A DNA stretch of 16,304 nt, from assembly GCA_965213685.1 (NCBI GenBank), contig CBDBZY010000032.1:1-16304 (forward strand), written 5' to 3'. This DNA comes from a bacterium (lineage in GTDB: Bacteria; UBA8248). Under the pieces are notes generated by a model, which was not told the origin of the DNA, did no database searches, and was given only the letters and a program-made list of their open reading frames with translations. A program made the position numbers and the translations under genes. This document shows positions 1 to 8,391 of the stretch, piece by piece (the first letter of the stretch is position 1; every line of letters starts with the position of its first letter).

Positions 1-51
1 GTACCTAATCCATCTCTCCCTTCCTCCTTGTTACACCCTCTTTACCTCTTT

Positions 52-270
52 ACCTCCCCCTCCCTCCCTCCCTCCCTCCCTCCCTCCCTCCCCTCCCTCC
101 CTCCTTCTCTCCCTCACTGCCTCCCTCCCTCCCTCCCTCCCCCCCTCCCTCCCTCCCTCCCTCCCTCCCTCCCTCCCTCCCTCCCTCCCTCCCTCCCCTC
201 CCACTCTCCCTCCCTCCCTTCCTCCCCCCCCCCCCTCCCTCCCTCCCTCCCTCCCTTCCTCCCTCTCCCC
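52..270. repeat. (CCCT)n/(GGGA)n microsatellite at the 5' end of FERM gene intron 2
   Basis: Near-continuous ccct tetramers; they account for the LPPS/REGG low-complexity ORFs. Confidence 0.95.
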
Positions 271-272
271 AC

Positions 273-374
273 CTTCTGGTTATTGGAGTAAAGGAACAGT
301 GAGAAGTAGTCCTTCTCTCCAGCATCCACATCAGTGTGCACCCTGTCAATGAGGTCAGCTGCCTTGACCTTCCT
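273..374 (-). CDS. Band 4.1-family FERM-domain protein, coding exon 2 (RKVKAADLIDRVHTDVDAGEKDYFSLFLYSNNQK); gene continues off the left edge
   Basis: Polypyrimidine acceptor ...ccctctctcag| at 375, candidate branch point gctaat at 460-455, donor |gtgggg at 272. 102 nt, phase 0-0. EKDYFSL..NQK resembles the FERM F1 lobe of EPB41L2/L3 (EKDYFGL....NQKNWLD). Confidence 0.88.
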
Positions 375-408
375 CTGAGAGAGGGAGGGAGGGAGGAAAG
401 GAGAGGAG

Positions 409-430
409 AGATAGATAGATAGATAGATAG
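409..430. repeat. (GATA)n microsatellite
   Basis: agatagatagatagatagatag read directly. Confidence 0.9.
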
Positions 431-926
431 AATGAATACCCTCACAGGACACACATTAGCTACCGGCCCAACTGTGAATCCTCTCCTCTCCCCTCCCCTC
501 CCCGAGAGCTGAGTGCCAGCTGGGCAGGCAGCAGGAGGGGGTGAAGACATTCACCGAGGGGAATATTATCTGGGGGCGATCTAAGGGGTGGGCTTGACTG
601 AGTGGGGTGGAGGAAGAGGGTGTGTGGCAGGGCTCTTGTGCTGCTTGCGTCTCCTTCTTCGTATCTCACTCTTCCTCCTCCCTCCTCCTCTCTCCTCCCC
701 CCCCCCTCTCTCCCTCCCTCTCTCCCTCTCTGTATCACTGTTCTCTACTCTTCCTTCTGTCCTCACTCCACCCTTCATCCCCCAGTCCCTCCACCCCTCT
801 CATTTATGACCATATCACCATGACAACGTATATCACCAAATGCATATCACCATGGCAATGCAGTGGGTCCATTACAAGGTAAGAGTCATGGCAACAAAAA
901 AAATCTTAAAACCACCCGAGTATGCC

Positions 927-997
<71 letters not shown>

Positions 998-1249
998 TCC
1001 ACAGGTCGGGTGTTGACACACACACAGAGGTGGGAGGAGGAGGTATCGAATACTGAGAGCTGGGAGGTCGGAATGAGCAGATTGGGAGGCAGACCAGTGC
1101 AATGAGGCAGAGCACAGAATGAGGGAGCATGGGTGGACTGGTGTGCTTGATGACATCATCTGACATCATCATTTGCTAAGATCCATAAGTCTAGTCTCTC
1201 TACTATGGCCACATGCATTGATGAAAAGGCTTAGGGATATTTTTAGAGG

Positions 1250-1371
1250 ACTGAGAAAAACCGGCAGCCACCCGGGATTGAACCGAGGCCTCTGGCTCTA
1301 CCACCTGAGCTATGGCCACCGGGTGACAGCCAGCCTTCACAATTCTCAATATCACTCCGTATGTGCCGTCA
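1250..1371 (-). mobile_element. tRNA-derived SINE-like element or tRNA pseudogene with the anticodon arm deleted
   Basis: Minus strand reads GTGGCCA TA GCTC AGGTGGTA GAGC CAGAGGC CTCGG TTCAATC CCGGG TGGCTGC CGG TTTTT. A box 1312-1301, B box GGTTCAATCCC 1284-1274. Acceptor, D and T stems can pair, only 7 nt lie between the D and T arms, and a T5 pol III terminator sits at 1260-1256. Outer element boundaries are approximate. Confidence 0.8.
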
Positions 1372-1611
1372 TGTACATACACACGTACTGATATGGATGT
1401 GATTTGGGTCATGCAGAGTGGGACGGTGCTGGTTAAACTGCTCAGACATGCTCAACCAGTCACCAACCAATTTGTACTAGGAGGGTGGGGCAGCTGGACA
1501 CGCACAACTGTAACCATGGCAACCACCCTAAACACTAAGCTACAGACATTGTGGGGTATACCTACAAACCTGAAGGGAATGTGATTTTAGTAGCTAGGGA
1601 ACGCTGGTGTG

Positions 1612-2191
1612 GGCAGCTGTAGCCGGGGAACAGGGCTATGGGTGGCTGTAGCCAGGGAACAGGGCTATGGGTGGCTGTAGCCAGGGAACAGGGCTATGGG
1701 TGGCCATAGTTGGGGAACAGGGCTATGGCAGCTGTAGCCGGGGAACAGGGCTATGGGTGGCTGTAGCCAGGGAACAGGGCTATGGGTGGCCATAGTCGGG
1801 GAACAGGGCTATGGCAGCTGTAGCCGGAGAACAGGGCTATGGGTGGCTGTAGCCGGGGAACAGGGCTATGGCAGCTGTAGCCGGGGAACAGGGCTATGGG
1901 TGGCTGTAGCTGGGGAACAGGGCTATGGCAGCTGTAGCCGGGGAACAGGGCTATGGGTGGCTGTAGCCGGGGAACAGGGCTATGGGTGGCTGTAGCTGGG
2001 GAACAGGGCTATGGCAGCTGTAACCAGGGAACGGGGCTATGGGTGGCTGTAGCCGGGGAACAGGGCTATGGCAGCTGTAGCCAGGGAACAGGGCTATGGG
2101 TGGCTGTAGCCAGGGAACAGGGCTATGGCAGCTGTAGCCAGGGAACAGGGCTATGGGCGGCTGTAGCCGGGAACAGGGCTATGGGCAGCTG
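1612..2191. repeat. 28/29-bp minisatellite, about 20 copies, in FERM gene intron 1
   Basis: Core gaacagggctatgg counted 20 times (one variant gaacgggg). Unit variants ...gtggctgtagcc (29 bp), ...cagctgtagcc (28 bp) and ...gtggccatagt are interspersed. Confidence 0.96.
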
Positions 2192-2497
2192 CACAAGAGG
2201 AATGATGTCATGTCAGGTGCTGTGTCGTGCTGTGTTGAGTGAGTTGTGTTGGTTGTCGCCATGTCAGGGGCTGCATGGAGGGGATACAGGTATTGGAACA
2301 GGGGGGATTAGCATTCTTGACACGTGTAGGGCTTTCTGCTGTAACCAGGACAACTGTTCTCTGCGCATGATTTACTGAGCTGGTCAAGTATGCACATAGT
2401 TTGCTTATCCCTCTCTCTCTCTCTCTCTCTCTCCATATTCTCTCCCTCCCCGCCCCTCCCTCCTCCACACTCCACTCCCTCCCCTCCTCCTCCTCAC

Positions 2498-2677
2498 CTC
2501 ACACTCAATGACCACATCGGTCCCATCCAGCAGGAACACCTTCACCTGAACCATCTTCCTTCCCACCTCCTTGGCCTTGGCCTGAGGCGTCTCCTCGGGG
2601 AACGTCTCACCGGTGGCAGGGGTCGGGCTGGGGGGCGGGGGGGTAGCTTCCACGGTGGGCGCGGCCGGTTCCGCCAT
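2498..2677 (-). CDS. Band 4.1-family FERM-domain protein (EPB41/coracle/yurt-like), coding exon 1 (MAEPAAP...MVQVKVFLLDGTDVVIECE)
   Basis: ATG in good context (agcATGG), 60 codons, donor GAG|gtgagg at 2497. VQVKVFLLDGTD matches the FERM start of the EPB41 family (e.g. VQCKVTLLDGTE, CRVSLLDGTDV). Splices in frame to exon 374-273. Confidence 0.9.
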
Positions 2678-2789
2678 GCTGGAGCTGAGATGAAACGCTT
2701 CGGAGGGTGGAAGAGAGCAGGGGAGACGCAGGAGGGGCTCGGGGAGGGGAGCTAGGATGCGCAGGAGCGGTTTGAGCTCGCGAGCGAGT

Positions 2790-3125
2790 TAATTTGATTG
2801 GTCAGCTAAAATCCTGGAGGTCTCAGAAGCGGCTCTGAGCGTATCAAGTGAAGACGGGCTGTCGAGAGTTGCAAGTCTTAGGCTCGGTCTACTAGCACAC
2901 CTGAATCGGAGGACTACGCCCTGGATGCCCCTCGGTCACCACAAATGCCGTCAAGAATGCGGAGGATACTCCCCCAGTTAAGAGGCGGATTACACACGTA
3001 ACTACAAGGGGTGTGGCTGCAAAAGCGGAGCGCGGCAAGCGTAATGACGTCACAACACCGGCCAACTACGCACGTGAGCTCCGATAGGGAGCGAGCGCGA
3101 GCGCGCGTGTGGAGTACACGTGCTC
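2790..3125. promoter_or_regulatory. CpG-rich promoter of the FERM gene, possibly bidirectional, with CCAAT, CRE and E-boxes
   Basis: CCAAT on the minus strand 2801-2797; TGACGTCA 3045-3052; CACGTG 3071-3076 and 3117-3122; CACGCG (minus) 3109-3104; dense CpG. Confidence 0.65.
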
Positions 3126-3481
3126 AACTTTGCCCTCCTACATTCAAAAGTATCCACTAATAGCAGTTAGAAGATTAACTGTAACAGCTTATAAATTTAC
3201 ACAGTCCACAAGGTGGGGAAGGTGTGAACCCAATTGTGTGTTGAGAGGTAAAAGAAGAGCATGGGTCTGCACATAAGTTCTGTGTAATCTGAGGTTTTTT
3301 CATAATTATTATTATAATTATAGAAAAGAAGTTGAAGAAAACATGAGAAAGGAACCACCAGTGCTGGTGGTGCCAGATGATGGCTGCAGTGTAGAGTATA
3401 CAGCAATTCTTGGCTGGCTGTAGTCCTGGTGTTATGGCTGGATTGGTAGGGCAACTATATACTAATGGCCCAATCAAGCAG

Positions 3482-3544
3482 CCCTGGACCTAGCCTCATA
3501 CCCAGGCCCCTCCCACACACCTGGGAACGAGGCTACCCTGGACC
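3482..3544. mobile_element. 45-bp palindromic micro-MITE with 9-bp target-site duplication
   Basis: ccctggacc [tagcctcatacccagg cccctcccacaca cctgggaacgaggcta] ccctggacc. The 16-bp inverted termini match at 14/16 (3491-3535); the direct repeats at 3482-3490 and 3536-3544 are exact. Confidence 0.8.
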
Positions 3545-4204
3545 TTGATGCATGGTGATGCTCATTTTTCCAGCCTCTGTCAAGCATACCAGTATTGTGC
3601 AGCAGGTCTTAACACTGGTCACCTCCTGTAGCTGATGTCCCACTGCTATTGCTTGCAGTGAACAAAAAATCAACACACTACACTGCTCAAGAGGACATCA
3701 GTTCACCCACCTACTATGTCCAATACAATACAATCAAACCACATCAAAAAATGAAACTACAAATTCAATTTCCTACGTGCACTTAGCATTTAGAGCAGTA
3801 CTCCGAACAAAACCACTTGTCATGTATGGTTGGGGGGGATGGAGGACTTTCCACCAGGTCAGAGGGTCAGACTCTCTTTGTGCTGTGTAGTGCCTCTCTC
3901 TCAGGCTGTGGAGATGAGAACATGTTCACTCAGACACAGTGGAGACTCAGTGATTCACTGGAAGACAAGCTCTGTTTTGGTACATCCATCTGTCTTCATG
4001 CATCTCTTTTCCATTTCTATTTTTGCCACCCATGAAAAGCTCCTATCTCATAGCTAAAGCGAGCCTGATGCGGGTAGATATTGTTCAGCTTGTAAAATAC
4101 ATGCACTCCTAGCGCGCGCCGTATTCACACGCAAGAGGCCAACAAAGTTTCGCAATGTTTACGTTCCTGCGGGACCCAAACACGATTTTAACTCGGTACC
4201 CTTT

Positions 4205-4322
4205 CATAGTCTATAAGACCGCAACGCAACTTCCGCTCGGCCTTTTACTCGCTGCCGAGTGAGACAAGGCCGTCGCGCCTTTGGAAGGGTATAAAGACCC
4301 GGTAACGGCAGTAGCCAGTCCC
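4205..4322 (+). promoter_or_regulatory. myc core promoter: TATA box and initiator, plus a second upstream TATA-like element
   Basis: TATAAA 4290-4295 with Inr-like CCAGTC (A at 4317, 27 nt after the TATA start); TATAAG 4212-4217; ETS-like ACTTCCG 4229-4235; within a CpG-rich region of about 4060-5400. Confidence 0.6.
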
Positions 4323-4812
4323 TGGCCGACCGACTGAGAGTCGAGAGAGAAAAGTACAAGGTACGAAGACAAGTAGTAAGAGAGTAGCTTGCGAGGTTGC
4401 AGCGGCGTTGTACGACAAGATTGTGCTGTCTCTCGTGCAACGCTCCACTGCTCTGGAGATACATATTGCAACAGGCAGGGGGCAAAACAAGCTAGTGAGT
4501 GACTCTGAAAGCTTTCGCCGAGCCGTAGCTAGTCTGCAGCCGGCCCTCGCTGGCTGCTTTACAGCGGACGAAAGCGTTTGCTCGCCGGAAACTCAGTGCA
4601 GTGAAGCTACGCAAGTACGTTTGTGCTCGGCAAATCGCATTTTCGGTGGTTATGTAACTGCAAAATTGAGTTAGGCCATTTCTGATGGCGGACTAATGTC
4701 CAGTGCCAAGCGGAGCGCTGCAGGTGCGACTCGAGTCTCCCCGCTGAACTCTCCCACGCTTCTTGGCTTGGACGCTAGCTGAGCTTGGCTGCCTCGTGTG
4801 GTTTGCACCACA
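4317..4812 (+). other. MYC: Probable non-coding first exon (5' leader) of myc, containing uORFs
   Basis: Runs from the putative Inr to donor ACA|gtaagc at 4813. The matching acceptor has a long CT tract, ...tacacag| at 5057, two nt before the ATG. Internal splicing of the leader cannot be excluded. Confidence 0.55.
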
Positions 4813-5059
4813 GTAAGCAAAAAGCAAGCCTAAACGTTAGTTATTTTGCTTACATCTTGTAGACAACACACGCCTGCAACCAGCCGTGAATCTGCCTCAA
4901 AACATCGTGCGCGTCCATGAATACGTAGACGCGGTGGAGAAAGAGCGAGCTAGCTTGCTTCGCGCGGGAGATAGCCACTAGAAAAATAACACTCAACTTT
5001 CCTACCTCTCTCTCCCCTCTCCTCTCTCCCCTCTCCCCTCTCACCCCACTTACACAGGG

Positions 5060-5195
5060 ATGGCTTCTCTAGTACCACCGGAATTCGCTCCGAGTGATTT
5101 CTGCTGCGACTACAGCTCCCCGCTCTCCAGCGACCATCTCGCCGACTACCTGGAGACAGAGACGCAAGTCCTAGACGAGCTTCTGCACGTGCAAG
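5060..5195 (+). CDS. MYC: Myc transcription factor, coding exon 1 (MASLVPPEFAPSDFCCDYSSPLSSDHLADYLETETQVLDELLHVQ-G)
   Basis: ATG in good context (ggATGG) right after the acceptor; donor CAAG|gtagga at 5196, phase 1, joins in frame to the MBI exon. Confidence 0.8.
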
Positions 5196-5475
5196 GTAGG
5201 AATGGAGAGGCGAGCGAAAGGGAGGTTTAGCTGGTGGAGTGCGTAGGGAGAGCTTTGCGGTGAAGGAACGGTCAGGGAGACCTGACTGGAGTTAGCGATA
5301 TCGGGTTGCACGCGGAGCCATGAATCCTTTTCGTTACTAGCGGTTACTAGGTAGAGTAGCGGATGCGTGAGTGGAGCCGGCAGTTGGCTGTGATTTTTAG
5401 TGAGTGCTCACTCGAGTTTCAGCCTCCTTTCTATGTGTTCCATCCTCACCTCTCCCCCCCTCCTCCCTCCTCCAG

Positions 5476-5540
5476 GCTTTCCCACTCCCCCAACATCTCC
5501 AGAGAGGGTCTACAGTCCTGCAGAAGATGAGGATAGTGAG
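5476..5540 (+). CDS. MYC: Myc coding exon 2: 65-nt mini-exon carrying the Myc box I degron (FPTPPTSPERVYSPAEDEDSE)
   Basis: ctcctccag| acceptor and |gtaagc donor. PTPPTSP corresponds to vertebrate MBI PTPPLSP (T58/S62). Confidence 0.9.
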
Positions 5541-5846
5541 GTAAGCCTCCCCTCCCTCCCTCCCTCCACCCTCCCCTTCTCTTAGGGGAGACACCAGTTA
5601 TGTCACATGCATATAAGCAGCCTTTCCATAATGAACATGCTATCACAAGCCTATTCCAAAGTATCATGTCATATTATGTATACACTAATGCCACTGGCAA
5701 GATTGCATAAATTTTTTCAAACAAAACAATGTTTACTTTCCCTCCTTCCTTCCCACTTCCTCCCTCTCTCTCTCTTCCTCGCTTGCTCGCTCGCTCTCCC
5801 TTTCTCCCCTTCCCTCTTGCTCTCTCTCTCTCTCTCTCTCCCCCAG

Positions 5847-6411
5847 AGTGACAGCAGTCAGGACTTCCCTATGCTAAACGAGCTCATTTTGCTGGCCTAT
5901 GGGGAAGAGGTTTTGACGGACGCCCCTCTGCTCTCCTGCGACAGAAACCTGCAAGACAAGCTCATCCAAGACTGCATGTGGAGCGGACACCTCTGTGAGA
6001 AGGACCCCTCTAAAACCACCATCTCCGCCCCCCTCAATTTGCCCCCCGTGGTGTCTCCGGACAGTGGTGTCTATTCCCCGGCCTCCTCCCCCCCTCCTCC
6101 TCCCGTACCCACCGAATGCGACACGTCAGCAGAAGAGGAGATCACTCCGATGCAGACCGACTGCATCAGCCCTTCTGCCGTCTTCCCAACCCTCCTCCCC
6201 CCTACCTCCACCACAGCCGCATCCAACAGCAGTGGAGGTACAAACATCGCAGAAGTGAAGAAGTCCTTACGAATGGCTGAGCGGTTCCACAAGGGGGTGG
6301 AGCCTGTTAGACGGAGGCTCGAGAGAGAGCGTTACGAGAGGAGGTACGTCACCATGGCGATGACAGGTGGGAACGGCCGAGTGCAGCCCCAGGCAGAATC
6401 TTCTACTTCAG
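5847..6411 (+). CDS. MYC: Myc coding exon 3 with MBII (LIQDCMWSG) and MBIIIa (DCISPSAVFP)
   Basis: (CT)n ccccag| acceptor and TCAG|gtgagg donor (phase 1). Motifs match c-Myc IIQDCMWSG and ECIDPSVVFP. Confidence 0.95.
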
Positions 6412-7866
6412 GTGAGGGGAAGGGGGAGAGGGAGAGGGAGAGGAAGGGCAGGGAGGAGAAGGGGGTGAGGAGGGAGGGACTAGCGTTTGTTGGCCTGCAT
6501 TCCAGTTCCTGTGTGTTCCCTCCTTCCCTTTGGAGAGAGGTGTCTGGTTCTGCCTCCCTCTTCTTTCACTTCCCTCCCCCCTCCCTTCCTCACTCTCTCT
6601 ACAGCGTGCTCTCTCACTTCCTCTTCCCTTGTACTACTGTCTCTCTCTTCCTCCCCCCTCCTCTCTCCCTCTCTCCCCCTCTCCCTCTCTACCTCCCTTC
6701 CTCCCTCTCTCCCCCTCTCCCTCTCTACCTCCCTTCCTCCCCTCCCCCTCTCCCTCTCCCTCTCCCTATCTACAATTACAGTAGCAACTTCCTAACTGCT
6801 AATATCTGTTGCAGTTGTAGTACAGAATAGCAGCTGTGACCTCTTATCTAGCGTCTCCTTGCTGACCACACCACAGGGAACACATCAACAGCCTCCCAGG
6901 CACCCCACTAGCCAGCCCATCAACAAATCCAGACTCCCATCTTCTCAGCTTACATATTCCCCCTCAACTGCCTCTCTCCCAGGCTGAGTCTTCCCTAGTC
7001 AGAAATCTTGAGGCCTTGTGGGTAGTGTCTCTGGGTAGCCCAGCTTTCCAGCAGCTGCTTCCTTTACTGGCTAGCCTTGTTGATAGGTCTGGGGAGGGAG
7101 GGAGAGTGGAGTGTGTTTAGGAAACCATGGTGATAAGTGAAGTCTGGGAGAGGTGTCCAGGCAGCTGCACCCAGGTGTGGAGACCCTGTCAGGAGAGAAG
7201 GAGGGGCTAGCAGGGAGGAGGGAGGAGGAGTGTTAATGGAAACAGAAATCTGCTGGTCTTGTGAGGTGTCTGCAGCAGCCTGTGAACAAGGACACTGCCT
7301 GGGATGGCAGTTGTATGGCTGTCACATAATGTGCACCATATGGCCTACTCCTGGCGAGGGAGAAGTGCATTCCTTTCTAGTGAAGTTACTCTGGTCCTTT
7401 GTCCACTGGCTGGGGCTGTGGTGTGGGAACGTCCAGGCTTAGACAGGTGATATAGTTCTGTTCAGTTTCAACATCTGCTGCACTCTAGTAGCTTGTGCTC
7501 ATTCTTCCTCTTCCCTCCTTCTTTTCCTTACCCTCCTCTCTCGTCAGTCTTCCTTCTCTTACTCTGCTTCCCTTCTCAACCCCCTTAGATGTGTCTCCTC
7601 TCCCTCCCTCCCTCCCTCCTCTCCCCTCTCTCCTCTTGCTCCCTCCTCTTTCCCAGCTACCCTCTGTCCCCCTGTATTGAGGCAATACTGCCAAAGGCTT
7701 TGTTCCCTCAATCAGCCACTTATCACTTTGTCCTCACCTCCTGTGTGGCTCCTCTCTGAATTATGTTGAGTCATTGCCACAAGCTTTGAAAGTAACCTCA
7801 ACATCCTCTCCCTCCTCCCCTCTCTCCCCCTCTCTCTCTCCCTCTCCCTCCCCCTCCCACCCACAG

Positions 7867-8135
7867 ATGAAGAGATTGATGTTGTAACCATCCCAACTAT
7901 GGAGCGGACCAAAATGTCACGGAAACGCGCCCTCCCCCTCTCTCCTCCGTGCTCACGCCAGTCCTCCCCTCACCCCGTGACCGCCTCTCCACCGAAGAGG
8001 AAGAAGTATCACACCAAGCGGCTCAGCTCCGCCGGGTCCAGCGGGGACGGAGTCGAGAGCGACGACGAGGCGAGGCGAGCAAGCCACAACGTTCTAGAGA
8101 GGAAGAGGAGGAACGATCTCAAGTCCAGTTTCCAG
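7867..8135 (+). CDS. MYC: Myc coding exon 4 with MBIIIb (DEEIDVVT), NLS-like PPKRKK, basic region and start of helix 1 (RRASHNVLERKRRNDLKSSFQ)
   Basis: cccacag| acceptor (phase 1) and CAG|gtgagg donor (phase 0). HNVLERxRR is the Myc-type basic region and EEIDVV is the WDR5-binding box. Confidence 0.96.
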
Positions 8136-8391
8136 GTGAGGGCAAAGTGCACCCTTAGGGAAAGGGAATTCCCCCATTTCCATAGCAACTGCATCCTAGC
8201 TGCCTAGATCAGTGCTCCAAACTGTTATTAGTTGCTAGCCAGAGTGTAACTTGGTCTCTACGTTGCTTCCTCTCCTTCCCCTTACCCCCTTATTCCTTTC
8301 TTCTTCAACACCAGTATGGTCCTGCATGTGCAAAGTGCTCTTATATAGAACAAAACAATAACTTCCTCCCTCCCCTCCCTCCTTCCCTCAG

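Noticed and set aside
460-780. Alternative first exon of the FERM gene
   Set aside because: No convincing in-frame ATG plus donor combination found.
1264-1319. Functional tRNA gene
   Set aside because: No anticodon arm, so it cannot decode.
1612-2191. CRISPR-like array of repeats of about 29 bp
   Set aside because: Units abut directly with no unique spacers, there are no cas genes, and the context is a eukaryotic intron.
1753-2378. Repetitive 80-aa and 141-aa ORFs
   Set aside because: A by-product of the 57-bp higher-order repeat, antisense within the FERM intron, with no recognisable domain.
4315-4674. Stop-free frame of about 119 codons in the myc leader
   Set aside because: No ATG in frame and no recognisable similarity; plausible by chance in GC-rich sequence.
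5607-6830. 407-aa single-exon ORF
   Set aside because: Only 5847-6411 is Myc-like and bounded by splice sites; the flanks are stop-poor CT/GA intronic tracts.
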